A DNA stretch of 64,000 nt from Tubulanus polymorphus (lineage: Eukaryota; Animalia; Nemertea): positions 5,394,001 through 5,458,000 of the forward strand of contig NC_134031.1 of NCBI RefSeq assembly GCF_964204645.1, read 5' to 3'. Positions 25,401-38,679 of this stretch are shown one piece after another. Made by a program: the position numbers and the translations under genes. The first letter of the stretch is position 1. Every line of letters starts with the position of its first letter. The notes below the pieces were generated by a model. It had not been told where the DNA came from. It worked only from the letters and a program-made list of their open reading frames with translations, and made no database searches.

Positions 25401-28400
25401 ATCTAATTCAGACTTTATTACTATTTTAATAGTAATAAATAATGTAATAGTAATAGCAGGTTTATCTAGACTACAGTCACCTAAACCGGTGCATTATATA
25501 TGGTGTTTTGTTGTTTGTATTTTCCATGACTGGATTGATTTCAACTGTTTCAAATGATTCAGACTAAGATATGAAATACCGTACCTGTATAAGATATTTC
25601 TAATCTTCGTTATTTTCTTATGTTCATAGAGGACAAGGTGACATTGTTAACCGTGTGTGGTCTGCATCTCGTGTATTTCCTGTTGGCCGCGATATCGGTG
25701 TCGTTTCTGCAAACTCCGTGGTTTACCAGGTTTATTCTACTCATAGCGGTGCCGTTGAACGCCGTATCCGCCGTGAAAAACGGAGTCTCGCTCGATTTCA
25801 TAGCGATGACATTATTTATATTGCTAACATCGATGGGTAAGAAAGACCTTTTCACTGCGTATGACAAGTTCAGCTCGTCGTGAAGTATTTTATAGCAATA
25901 GTCATCGCACATCATTGTTATAACTCTATGCACGCATACAAGACAAGGTTCTGGATCCAGTTCCACAGTTCTGAGTTACGAGTCAACTTTGAGTTAGAAC
26001 TAGTTCATTTTCAATGAGCTAACTCAGAGTCAAATCTTAACTCACAACTATGGAACTGGGTCCTGATTTCTTCTGAAAGATGGCAAAGCTATTGTCGGTT
26101 GGCTCGGATGGTTGGCTGGTTGGTGTTGCCAGGTGATGGGCTCATTGCATGTGTGCTATGCTGTCGTGTTCTGATAGTGGTGGGAATTAAGAAATAATCT
26201 TTCTAGCTATTACTATCAAGAAAACATCACGATGAATAAGGCCTATCAAAAATGAATGGTTTTGTTTCCTTTAAATTGCTTTAGATATTTTGACGTGGGG
26301 ATCCCAGCACACCACGATTCAACCATGTTCGCAGCTAAAGGGTAAAGTTTGTCTGAAGCTGAATATGATAAGTTGATTTGACGTGTTTACTCTAAAGTCA
26401 AATTTTACGGAGAAAACTGTGCTCAACCCGATTATAATCTGAATCTATAAAGACATACATTTAGACTCCTCCAATTTAAGGCTTTCAAGTCGAATTGTCT
26501 CCGAACTCGAAAACAAATCTTAGACCTTTTTGCAACGGGATGTGAATCAAATTCCATTGTCTAACTAGAGAACAATAATCACTGGTCCCGATTAATTCCA
26601 GCAAGGTGGCGTCTACCGAAAAGATTAAAAATCTGTTGATATTTTCAGTGAATTATATAACTTGCGTTGCTTACACTTTCATCACTGGACTAATCAGCCG
26701 AACAGCGGAAACGAAACAAACTGATCAAGCGCATCTGTGTCCGTGCGCGTCGCCCGTACAAACTGTTCAATTCACGTAAGCTGCTTCTGTATAAAACATC
26801 TCAATGTTCTTTGATTTTGTGAACTAAAAGTTATTTTACTCACCGGTAATTGTTCCTATCTATACAGGGTGGTCACTTACCTGTTTTTCTGTACCATTTT
26901 CTTTTCTTAAAAGGGTCGGGGAATAGTCAGGGAACCAAGTAATGGTTGGCAGCCCTGTTAAATTGAATTTGGGGCCTGATTTCCTGTAGAATTATTTTCT
27001 GGGTTTTTTTTTAAGGAACCCAGAAGTAGAAAGTCATCAACCAGTTGGCAATCTGAGTGATCGAGATTTGAAGAAGATCGCCACGAAATTGAAACTACTG
27101 ATGAAAACTGACTTAGGACGAAGCAGTAAGGGTTTATTATCATAATCAGTTACATGCATGCACATGTAACATGTAACCCGTAGTAATGTAGAATATTCAT
27201 GTAACATGTATTCATAGATGTGCATGTTAGATGTGATCGCTATTTGAAATGAGTTCATCTGCATATGTGTATTTTGAACGTTTTAAAAATCTAACTTTAT
27301 GTCTTCGCTTATGTACATGTACAAATTGCCTCTTGAAAAATGTATGTCCTGTTAGCTGTAATCATCTGTACATGTACATATAGCATGTCACCTTTGAAAA
27401 CATGTATATTTCTAGGTCGCGAGTCTACTCCGAATTTGAGCGTTATTTCGACCGATTCCACTACTACGGGCGACAACAATATTCAGACGTGGTTGGACAA
27501 AAACTTCCAGGATTTGGATAAACATCCCGACGACGTTACGACAATCTCCGCTACCAGTCAACAGCAAGAAGAGCTGTCCGTACTCGATAGAACGGATTCC
27601 GTGATTGAATCAGTGTCGGCGCAAAAGAAGGATGACGTTTTAGACGTAACCAGTTTGTCCGAGGTAAGAGGCGGATCTAGGAAAATTGGAAGGCCCGGGT
27701 CCCGAAGAAAGGAAAAGGCATTTCTCAGATAAAGCAGCCAAGTATTAGATATGCCTGGTATTAGATATATACTTGAAATAAACCTGAAACAATGCTATTT
27801 CCAAGAGGATGGGTGTCAAATTTATAGGTTTTCCCGATCTCCGTCTTGATGAAAAGGGCAACGTCAATGGGAAGGCAGGGGTCCTGACCCGGTGTAATGG
27901 TCGGAAATGAGCTTGATTTTTCCTGTACAAATTTCAGGAATTAGCTTAGAACTGGCGTCACAATCGAATTTGCATAAATCGTACCCCACCCTTATTTTGA
28001 AATTCGGTGTTATTTTCGTCCAAGTTTTGCGTGTATCTCTGCTATTTTGTCTAAACTCTTTTTTGTCATTATCGAAGGTACCCTACATTCGAATTCAGTA
28101 CGCCTGTTGAATCCGGTACATATAAACGTCTCTCGTTCTTTCATAGACTCCTCCCGATGTGGAACACGTGAAGCGTAGGTTGCTGAATCAGTTGGACGTT
28201 TCGTCGACTAAATCCGGAAAACGAGGTCGGTCTCATTCTTTAACTCCGAGAGTCCGCAAGTCGATGGACGGTTCTGTGGCATCATCACGCAGCGTGTCGA
28301 GGTAAAAATATTATTTAATGAATAAATGCTTTCCAAAGGTGACCATTATTTCGAATCATAATATCATATGTAGGCATGTATAAAACATAATCTCTTTATC

Positions 28401-28964
28401 TTTGCTTGATTGAGATTGGAATATCATCTTTTTCGGTCCACATATAGTGTAAATTCCGCTTAATTCACATAATTGAGGATTAATAAAGTTAACCCAGTTT
28501 ATGTAGATGTAATCCAATTGTTAACACATATTTTAAATACCGTAAAGAGATTAAGTGGGGTCTATTGTACTTGTAAAGTAGAATACCTGGTACATGATTT
28601 AAATAAGGGGTTTTAAACAATCAACTTAAAAATGTCCGATTGTTAATAAAACAGATCACTGTGACTTGATTCCTGCATAAATAAACCATGTTAAAATCAT
28701 TAATCCCAATAGACCCAGCTGGCTTAGTATTACTGAATGTAACTTAAGTTTAATGGTTCTACCAGTTATTAGTTATCTCCAATTTTTTCCGTATTTTCAT
28801 GTTCGTACATTTTAATAATATTCACTTTTCCTAGGATATCGTCGCGAGCGTCAACTCCCGGTGGATCGCGACCTCAGTGCGCCGGTCTGACCGCTAGCGG
28901 TAATATGTGTAAATTGAAAAGCGCCGAAGGTTCGATGTTCTGTCATAAACACACAGCGAAATAA
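22478..28964 (+). CDS. bmb: Protein brambleberry (Kar5/GEX1/Bmb nuclear envelope fusion family); exons 22478-22747, 23091-23219, 23582-23767, 24235-24457, 24729-24845, 24966-25145, 25630-25836, 26649-26775, 27016-27125, 27416-27663, 28147-28301, 28835-28964
   Basis: Signal peptide, then 'LFDWL' and 'FEMKSVDEKFL'. Cys-rich domain 'CHHKVVAQLKASCGRLTEEQIGKLGVLLLNCQSAAEGRTIYPCTDEMKIGECTKDMEQTVWNAYQIVSNRARAICF'. Coiled coil, TM segments, and C-terminal 'CAGLTASGNMC..FCHKH'. All exon phases are consistent. Confidence 0.93.
23837..24125. mobile_element. MITE, family B, in a bmb intron
   Basis: caggcgcagatcca ... tggatccgacccctg. Confidence 0.6.
25951..26065. mobile_element. Short palindromic MITE
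   Basis: ggatccagttccacagtt / aactatggaactgggtcc. Related aactgtggaactg repeats at ~13360-13490. Confidence 0.65.
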
Positions 28965-29086
28965 TCACCGCAATCGATCGGAAATATAATCATGATTTCA
29001 AAATTGAATGTTAAGGTTTTTCCACATGAAACCCAGTGCTTAAAAAATAACTGCTGAAATAATAGTTTAGAGTATTAAGATTAACC

Positions 29087-29432
29087 GTGTCAAAAATGTG
29101 TTCTACATGTATTATATTATTATCAATTTATGAATTTTGGAAATGACTAAGAATAAATTTTCTCATCAAAATAATCCTCGAATGTTTCTTGTGTATACGT
29201 TTGTAAATACGGCGCTAACATTAAGACGAAGATAGCCGACTTCTAAGTTGCTGGAATATTGGTGTCAAAAGTGTTCTATTATAGTATTATCAATGAATGA
29301 ATTTTGGAAATGACTAGGAATAAATTTTCTCATCAAAATAATCCTCTAGTGTTTCTTGTGTATACATTTGCAAATACGGCGCTAACGTTGTTAAGACAAA
29401 GATAGCTAACCACATAAATTGCTGTAACATTG
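29087..29432. repeat. Tandem ~176-bp duplication in the bmb 3' region, each copy with AATAAA
   Basis: gtgtcaaaa..tgttcta..atgaattttggaaatgacta..gaataaattttctcatcaaaataatcctc.. occurs twice. Confidence 0.85.
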
Positions 29433-29719
29433 GAGCCAAGCTACTATTTGAACCCAAACTTCAACTACTAGCCCCTGTAGTCCGACCCAAATTAGAGTAC
29501 GGATTCATACCGTACCAAGATACCAAGCAGATTCATACCGTACCAAAAGCCACCCGTGCATGTCGATCATACTCATATCAAATCTAAAACATTTGAATCA
29601 AATGATGAATGGGATATCTAATACATTGAAGAACAATTACATTTTACAATCATTGATTTTATTGAGAAATGTACAAAATTTCCAGATATATTATTATATG
29701 ATGTTGATGAGCTGCAGTT

Positions 29720-32700
29720 TTACTGTTGTCTACAGCTGTCATGAAATGCATCTAAACTGCGGAAATCCCTCCAAGTCGGAGGTAAATTATCTAATAAATA
29801 TTTACCGCATTTATGACACGGCGTACTGAATAGTGAGGTATAGCTGTGTAACCAAGTCTGAAATATACATAAAAGCATTTAATTTACGAACAAAAAAATT
29901 CTACTAAGTAATGCTGCTAACAGTGTTTTCAATAAAAAATTAACAAGCCAGGTCCCTTTGAAAAACAGGAGGGTCCCATGATATGTCGCAGTCCCAGAAA
30001 TGAAAGCTGGTTTGAAAAAACAGGTGGGTCCTTTACAAACGACAGATGTGTCTGGGACCTGGCTCTTATTGAAAACACTGACTGCAGAGTGGCACATACC
30101 AGTACACTAACAGCTCAATCTTTCACAAACAGTTCTCATCAATCCAGGTTCCGACTTCCAGCACCATGGGGATCAGTCATTTATAAAGTACTCATAGAAT
30201 TTTTCAACCCCCTTCCCTTTGTAGGCAAAATTTTGACAGTTTGCCTTCTGAGTTCTAGAAACAGGGGAATAGATTTATTCAAAATGGGTTTATTTCAAAC
30301 TGTGGGCTCGAATTTTGCATAAATTATCGTATATACGTACCATGAACGATCTGATCGCTAATTCAGGAATCAACGGCGAGTAAAAATGTAACATGGCTGC
30401 GTTTGTATGATCCGTAACCTGAAAATATTGAAAAATTTACGATAATGATTTCACTGTTGCTTTGTAACAAGATTTCTACAAATAAGATTTCAACTGCGTG
30501 GAGTGGAATAACAGAAAATCTCCAGTTGTGGGGAAGTATTCCGAACTAGTAAGTTTCAAGTGAAAAGATTTCTCAAATAGTTGGCCTACATACCTTTTGG
30601 AAGACGACGTATTTTGATTTCGACCACAGAGCATCTTTGGCACTTTCGTATTGCGCGTTTTCACCGTTTGCCTTCACGTTCACTGATTCGATAATAAATC
30701 CTCGTAGTACGATATTCGCTACCATCGTACGACCGATCGATACCTAAAAATCAAAACAACATTATTATCATCTTAGGCGTTTTTATTTAAGCAACTCGTA
30801 TAAAATCGCTTTGCTCTGTCGATTACTGTCACGCGGTACAAATCGAATCGCCTTAAATAAATGACCCTACTCTCCACAACCAGAACCTGAATTTTCTGCG
30901 ATTGAAAAAGCCGCCATTTTGTTTTTGATATATCACCGAACGCTCCACTGTCATAGCAAATCGAATCAAAGCGCTTCGATGAGCGATTTGGTTAAATAAA
31001 TGGACGTTGTAGGCAAACCGTTGTAGGGCGCGTTGCTTAAATAAATGGGCGATTTAATCCGTGTCGATTCGAGTTGCTTTAATAAAAACACCTCTTGCCT
31101 ACAAGCAAAACCTTTAACAAGGCTGCAAGACCAAAATGGCCACAAGTAGGTCATCTTGACACTGATCGTGTCAACTTATGGGCTGTAGATGCGTTGTTAC
31201 AGACGTGAACCGACTATCAAGACCATACATCAAAGGGTGTCGCAAACTTCCCAAATAAACTAGAATCTGTCAGATGAAAAGTGAACCAGAGTTGGCATTA
31301 ATAGACTCGACTGCCATTACTATTTGAGAGCAGTTACGGCTTTTAAATTTCTGAAGCTCAATTATGACAAAAATTATCAAAATACTCTCAAAATCAGAAT
31401 AATATTCTAGTACATTTTCAATGAAAATTGCTATTTTCGATCTCAAATTGTGGTCAAAACTACTACAAAGGGAGAGACCAAGGAAGTCTGGTCTGCATTG
31501 AGCACCGGTATACATATAACAGACTTTACCCTGCATGAATTAATAATTATTGCCAACCTCTGATCACCGCTGGTTATCCGCCAAATGTTCCATTCCCGTG
31601 CAAAAATTGTGGTCATTTCCAATTAGACTTAACATAATGTATAGTTATCCGCAAATCAGTACGGTAGCGTCCGAAAGATCAATAGTTGACTAAAACGCCA
31701 AAACCTTGGCAAGAACTTACGGTCATTACGGCTGAACTTCCCATCGACCGCGATACAGATATAGACATATCGGGAAACAGTCTGTCCAAAGTACCGATCA
31801 TCGTGTCGACTAATCTGAAAATTACAATTCAAATTGATGACGAACTACGAATTATGACACTGAATAAAAGGGTTGGCTAACCAAATTTATCAGCGGGACA
31901 AGCATACAGTTGACTTTGGAACGGGGTCATTCATTTATTACCTACGCATTAGGGGAGGGAGGATTGATCAGTGCAATTGTGTACTGTAATGCTTAATGTA
32001 TATGAAAAATGGCCGATTTTGCGTACAGAGGGGGAGGGGGGTTGAAAAAAATTCAAATTTTATGCGTACGTTATAAATGAATGATCCCAACGGTAAAACT
32101 TGAAATACAACATAACTTGTCGACTGATGTATTCTCAATTTTTTTGAGATGATAAGTGAAGCCCGAGAGGTCTACCATATACGGGGTGAAGCCCGAGAGG
32201 TCTACCATATACGGGTTGATAAACTTACTGAGTAGGAACCGAATGACTGACTGCTTGTTTTCTCATGCGTTTATTTCCGTACATCGACTGCATCGACCGT
32301 TTCAACGAATTCTGCCCCAACAATAAAGCCGTGTGACTGGCGACATCGTGAGCCTGGAAATATGAACGCAGCAAGTTTACTACTAATAACCAGAGCCAGC
32401 GTGGTCGAGTGGTCAGAGCGTTCAACTCAGAGATGCGGGTCCGTCTGTTTAGGATTGTATTTTCATGAAATAAAAAGCCCCTAAGGATAGGATTATAAAC
32501 TGCTTGGCAATTACTAAACAACTGACAGCTTACAAAAAATCATTCGTCATCAATGAATGTTTCATTCATCAATCGGGTTTAGATACACTTAACCCTTTCA
32601 GTGCGCCTACACCACTGTGCGGTGTATAAATTGGTGACTGACTTTGCTGTACACACCATCGCACTAAAAAGCGATATGTCCGTTATTCAACACACTGGGG

Positions 32701-33628
32701 TGGAATCTTCGAAAATTTTCATTTAGAAATCTTAGAAAATATCTCCAGCTCTTTCGGATACTAATTAGTCAGCACTGAATGCTTGGAATCTTGCGGCTGA
32801 TGGTGTCAAGTGGTAGGCGTAAGCGAGCTAAAAACTGGGGCAATAACACAAGGATTAAACTTTAAACTAATTAAATAAGTAACAGCTCAACTATTATCTA
32901 TTCAAGTTTTAACTTTCCTATTATCCTTTCTACAAGGGTTTTTTGATGGTGGACGAAGGGGGCAGAAAATCTTGGATGCAACAATAGCCTAAGTGATTGT
33001 TGACCCACATGCCTCTATCCCCACCTGACTATGATGAGGTTGCCGGGGAATCCGATAATTACCTTATTCCACCACTTATAAGACTGTAGCAGCTGAGTAA
33101 ACAGCGGCGTCCTATCCAGTATCGGATCCTGACTTATCAAGTACGAATTCGCCGATATGAGGTTGTTACCCAACGGAGTCAGAGCATTACTGTGCTTCTC
33201 AAAGTCGCTGAAATCATAGAACAGACAAAGGAGAATATGAACGATCAGATACCACGATTGATGAAATAATAAACATCGGGGCCAAAATCAGAGAATCTGA
33301 ATTGAAAGCGAATCAAGTTAAACGCTGGCCTCGCTCAGAACAAAAAATTTAAATGCTCGGGTTACTAGGTTACTACCAACCTAAAATGTTTGTTAACGTC
33401 TAGCAGAGATTTTTGTAGATCTGTTAAGAATAATTTACTCTGACTCGAAGAGCTGTCATTATTGCTACTGTTTGTTGAAGAAGTTTTATTTTGTTGTTGT
33501 TGATCGGGTGGAGATTTTTCCGCAGCTTTAACGCCTTTACTCAACTGCTCGAATACGTGCGACACCTCACTACGGAGCTGCTGCAGCGCGTGAAGCGACT
33601 GCATCAAATTATCATTCAGTTCAGACAT
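29720..33628 (-). CDS. MED27: Mediator of RNA polymerase II transcription subunit 27; exons 33381-33628, 33063-33207, 32229-32353, 31721-31814, 30594-30743, 30341-30418, 29720-29857
   Basis: Spliced translation contains 'QDPILDRTPLFTQLLQSYKWWNK', 'LGQNSLKRS', 'LDRLFPDMSI', 'WSKSKYVVFQKVTDHTNAAMLHF', 'RSFMTWLHSYTSLFSTPCHKCGKYLLDNLPPTWRDFRSLDAFHDSCR', all matching MED27 motifs. Confidence 0.96.
30775..31093. mobile_element. MITE with ~24-bp TIRs and possible 3-bp TSD (ctt), in a MED27 intron
   Basis: aggcgtttttatttaagcaactcg / cgagttgctttaataaaaacacct. Confidence 0.75.
31923..32088. mobile_element. PIF/Harbinger-like MITE
   Basis: ggggtcattcatttatta..acgcat / atgcgtacgttataaatgaatgatccc. Confidence 0.7.
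32156..32215. repeat. 30-bp tandem duplication
   Basis: gtgaagcccgagaggtctaccatatacggg x2. Confidence 0.9.
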
Positions 33629-33712
33629 TTCGCCTGAAAAAACCCGAAAAAACCCGTCGATTCGAACAATCGGTTCAAACCAATAAATTGATTGAATTGA
33701 ATTTAAAAGGGT

Positions 33713-34251
33713 TTGATCAGTATTAAATGTCTATATTCGGATCCAGAGATGGGTAGCTCCGAATTGTTACAAATCGCGGCATCCATATATAGAGCGAATG
33801 ATACGCGGGGCGGGGTGCTCTCCCCTAGCTCTCCCTCGTATTTCTAGAGGGTTGGATCAGATAACGGATAAGAACCAGTTTGTATCTTGATATTTCACGC
33901 AAGAAAAATTCCCAGAAGCAATATGAAAATGAAAAGCAATTTAGTCGCTCAACGAATTTCGGCCACCCAGTTGACTAAATCAGTAAGCTATCTGAATCGT
34001 GAGCCACCGGCCGCGACATCATTACAAAAACCATTGGATTGAAAGCTGATGATGTCCACATGCTATGGTTTCATAAGTTTTTCAGCCAGAATACTGCTGA
34101 ATTTGAAATATATGCGTGCACTGATTTAAGAGATAATGCCAATTGCAAATAAACTTGTTAAATATCAAATTCCCAATAAGGCCTATCGCCGCGAGGAGTA
34201 TTTGAAAAAAAAATCTGTTTATATTAATTGAGTAATCTGATCTGTTGTACA
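33713..34251 (+). repeat. Displaced upstream region of GPCR copy 1 (paralog of 48346-48831)
   Basis: Colinear similarity from ttgatcagtatt to aattgagtaatctgatctgttgtaca. In copy 2 this runs directly into ccgtatcttatcacgATG. Confidence 0.88.
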
Positions 34252-37200
34252 TTATGAGTTTTCCGGTTTGCTCCGGCTACCCGTACTGGCGGGGTAGTCT
34301 AGAGAGGCCAATGAAATCTCCGGTTTGCTGAACTACCCCTCTTTGCGGGGATGCGGTATGATGTTTGATCTGACAGTTTCAAGTGGTTAATGGCTGTTTC
34401 AAGTGCTTACAACGATGCTTATTACTTCGTGGTACATGGTGGTTTAAAAAAAGATTTCATAATAATACGCACACCGCGTGGGCTTCGTAAAAAGACCACT
34501 ACCTGTGGCCTTCACAAATTTTAATTGTCCTGTCCGATTTGGTTTCGTCCAAATGAGAGACTGCCTTTTCCAGTAAGGGCATTTTTGGATCACATCACTC
34601 AGGAAATGACTTGCGCTTTTCGGCCTCTTCGTCGGTTCCACATGTTTCATTTGAGCTATAGACCACAATGGCGACACCATCATGGTCAGAAACTGACCAA
34701 TTGAGATATCCCCGAGTCTCGAACACTTGACTTCGAATTTCGGAAATTTTTCAAGTCATGTTTGTTTTCAAACTAATGAAGAATCATTGCAAATTCATAA
34801 ACTGACCATCACTGACCACAACTGACCAATTCAAACTCCTTGAATTTGAAAACGATATACCGCGTTATGGTGTCAAACTATAAAGGATTCGCTATAGATA
34901 TTGAGAATTCATGAATTGACCATCACTGACCAATTCATGCTTACTATCATATCATCACCAACCTAACTATAAATACCCTGATACTAATTTACTCTTTTAA
35001 AACTAATTCATTTAAAGAGGAATTGCCAGTTAAGGAGTTTAAGGTAAATAATGTAAAGTGTCTGACAAGCGAGTATTATGTTAGTTCATGTTTTCTCCGC
35101 TATCGTTATACATAGGGGCAGCACTAGACGGTTTAGATCACTATTTTTATAGTGGCGGGCTCGTTTCAAATGCTTTATTTAATGAAACTATTCTCTTGAT
35201 TAAAGACTTTAAAGCCACTTTTTGTAGACATGATTCTCACTTTTCTTTCATACGATCTTTGATTCGGAGTCTGTAGATATTAATACAGTCCACGGGACGC
35301 CAATTCAAAGGGGCCACCACGGCTTCCGCTCGTCCCGCCCAGTCGAATCATCGAATCACCCCCCGGAGGCCGGGTGATTTGATACGATTTGAAGATGGTA
35401 GACTCACAAATTTGTTTCGAAAAACTGATATGAATGTCAAAACTGAAAGAGAAACCTGAAACTCATTCATAGGAAATAATTAATATTTTAAAAAGTGGGA
35501 CAGTATTTTGTCAGCCGTTTGTGGAACAACAGGCGTCAAATTCATCTGTGCTTTATCTTATTTGGAATACACGTGAACTAGCAAATTATGATTAGGAAAA
35601 TCGAATCTGATTTGACAAGATAAAGTTCGCCTATGTTATTCAAACAAAAATTATTAAAATTTAGTAGTCTCTGCTTCGCCAAGCGAGTGATCCCTCCACC
35701 AATTATAGTCAACTTACCAGACAGTTTTCAATAGTGAAAGATTTCAAATAAATACAAGGCTAAAAGCCGCGAGTTTTAGTCATCATTGGTCGGTCGATTT
35801 TCTTCTCATTTTACTTGGTTGGTTACTTTTGGTTGGTATCATGATTTACTTTTAATGGTTGTTACAATTTTGGTCGGTACTAATTTTACTTTTGGTCGGT
35901 ATTAGACGGCTTTTGGTTGGTATTAGACGGCTTTTAATCAGTATTGGACGGTTTTGATGCAATAAATATACGGATGCAATAAATTTTGAATTGAAGTGGA
36001 AATTCACCCTTGATGGCTATAGTGACAATCAAAAAAATTTCGCAATTACTCTTCGGCAGCAACACTCGCTTCTAACTGGTCAACAAGTGTCAGTGTGTCC
36101 GGTTTAAAGTGTTTAACTGTATTGCCTGATATAAGATTATCATATTTTGCGGACATACTCGTCTCCGCACCATGTTGATGGGAATAAAGGGTTGAAAAAA
36201 GAGGTGGATTGCAAGACAACAAAAAACCACTGACTGGTGAACTAATTAAGTTCAGAGAAGCTAATTAAGTAAACAAAAAGAGACTACAATTATATTTACT
36301 CTCATACAACAATTATACAAAATGCCAGGTTTGTGCTTGAGGAATTATAACTTAAGTTCCTCAAATACGTGGACTGATTTCAAAAATAATCCAATCATGG
36401 ACGTATAAACAATAAACTAGAGCTTATACGTCCATGGTCCAACGCGCAATTATCTAGGCTGTATCTGGACAACTAGAATTTTCGCTGCACCTTGTCTTAA
36501 ATAAAGATTTTCAAACATTATCAGTTCGCTCGCTCATTTAATACAACGCTATTTCAGGGTAAACATGACAATAATTTTACTATCGATAACTAATCACGTT
36601 TATAGCTGTTTAACATTCTTTCTAAAAAAGAGTAAAATGTATCTCCCAGATATTATCCCTAAAACAATTAACAGTTACAGCAGTGATAGGGTGTGATACA
36701 TAGGTAAAGGACGCGTGATCTTTCATCAGTTATTTGAAGCATTCTATCGAAACAGATATTTTTTAGTGTTTTTGGTTTAGTTAAGGTTTATGGTTATTTG
36801 TTTTGTTTATTACTGAGTCGATAGAACGCTTAAAACAACAACAGAAAAGGTCTCAAGAGGTTGGGAAACACGGAGAAGGTTGTTCTATGAAAAAAGAACC
36901 TTTAATAATTAGATTGAGTTGATTAGAAAAAATTCCCGATGATGAAGGCCTATATTAACTAATTGTTTGTTGGTTTTGTTTATTTTTTCATTACTTTATA
37001 ATTTCATTTGTTTTTTTGTATCATTTATTTTGTAGTTTTTATCTATTTTTTAAAATTATGTTCTCTGTATTTTGTACTATTTATTACTATTTACATCATC
37101 AGGATTTTGTAGCGGTGAAATTATGGCCTCACTTAAAAAAGTGCTACAAATTCACTGCTGCAGCTAAATAATCGCTTCCTAATTAAACACCCCGATTTGA

Positions 37201-38122
37201 AGTTAAGTGATCATTGAAAGCCGCTCAGCCTTATGATATGAATGACGATGATAGAAGTTAAAACAGCTATAAACAAAATTAAAACAATCAAAATCATTGC
37301 TGGCCATTATTATTTATTCCTTTATATTACAATATTCCTAGTATTACCTCTCATACCTCTGTGGATACAATGTACTACGATATAAGTTTCATATAACTAG
37401 CTAGGATCACCTACATGGAAGCACAATGCTAAAACCTGGCCCTTCACGTTTTGGCCAAGGAATCATTTTCAAAACATCTTTATTCAAAACCCATTAACTT
37501 GCTAGGCGAGTTTAGGAGTCTAAACTAATAACGTACCAACTTCCTTTATTGTGTTTAAAAGTTGCAACTGTTTAACTGACTACGCTCTCCCTTTTCAACA
37601 TTTAGGCTATGCAAATCATTAAATTATTTTCACTCTCAGGAAATATAAAATGAATCACTATTTCTAAGATTAATCGAATAAAGACCAATGAACTATGTCA
37701 TTATTACAAATCATTCTCAACTATGTTTAACTAAGGATGAAGATTATCTGAACTATCCTGTTGATTTCATATCTCAGTTTAGGAGTATTTCAACCGACTT
37801 ACGAGTCGAACCCAGACGCTGAATGCGATCAACACCATGAATTAATGGAGCGTAAATTTTATGAGACTCCAAGAAGGAACTTAAAGGACATGACTCCTCT
37901 GTTTACAAACCGAATTCAAATTATTCAAATATGAATAGTTCCTTCTCAGACCCAGAGCCCTAATTATCTAACTTCAATTTTCAATTATCAACATTAAAAC
38001 TATTTCTTCAGTTTATTCCGCTCCTTCAAATAGACAGTGATTTTTGTAAACCCATGTTACCCATCAGACTAGTTTGTAAAAAGGTAATACGCAAAATAAA
38101 TCAATACTTTACATATTCTTTA

Positions 38123-38345
38123 GTCTGTGCTGCCTGTCCTGAATAAGTGTTTATAAGATACGCATTGTCTGTGCTGCTCCTGAATAAGTGTTTATAAGAT
38201 ACGCATTGTCTGTGCTGCTCCTGAACAAGTGTTTATAAGATACGCAATGTCTGTGCTGCTCCTGAACAAGTGTTTATAAGATGCGTATTGTCTCTGCTGC
38301 TCCTGAATAATTGTTTATATATACCGGTAAGACACGCATTGTCTC
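38123..38345. repeat. Minisatellite, ~41-bp unit, ~5 copies
   Basis: gtctgtgctgctcctgaataagtgtttataagatacgcatt repeated. Confidence 0.93.
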
Positions 38346-38679
38346 TTCTCCACCTATTGAAAAAGAAATCCGTCATTGGGCGATAAACCGCTGCTGGATA
38401 AATTTCTCCTCTGGACTTCTAGGCCTATGCAGTCGAATTCAAGATGGTTCTTCTGTGGTAGTTGATGATTTCAATTCAAGATGGAATCTTCTGTTAGCTA
38501 TTCTAATCAGTACATTTTTCACCAGTACATCTTAGGCTGAGCATTTTCTTATAGATGTGATTAAGCTGAAATGAATAAAAGAAGATATCCTGTAATTAAA
38601 CAATATCATACAATATACACAATTCTTCATATACCATTAATAATAATAAATTCCATGTACCGTAAATCAATTTCATTTA

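Noticed and set aside
38123-38345. CRISPR-like array
   Set aside because: Contiguous identical units without unique spacers, in a eukaryotic context; a minisatellite.
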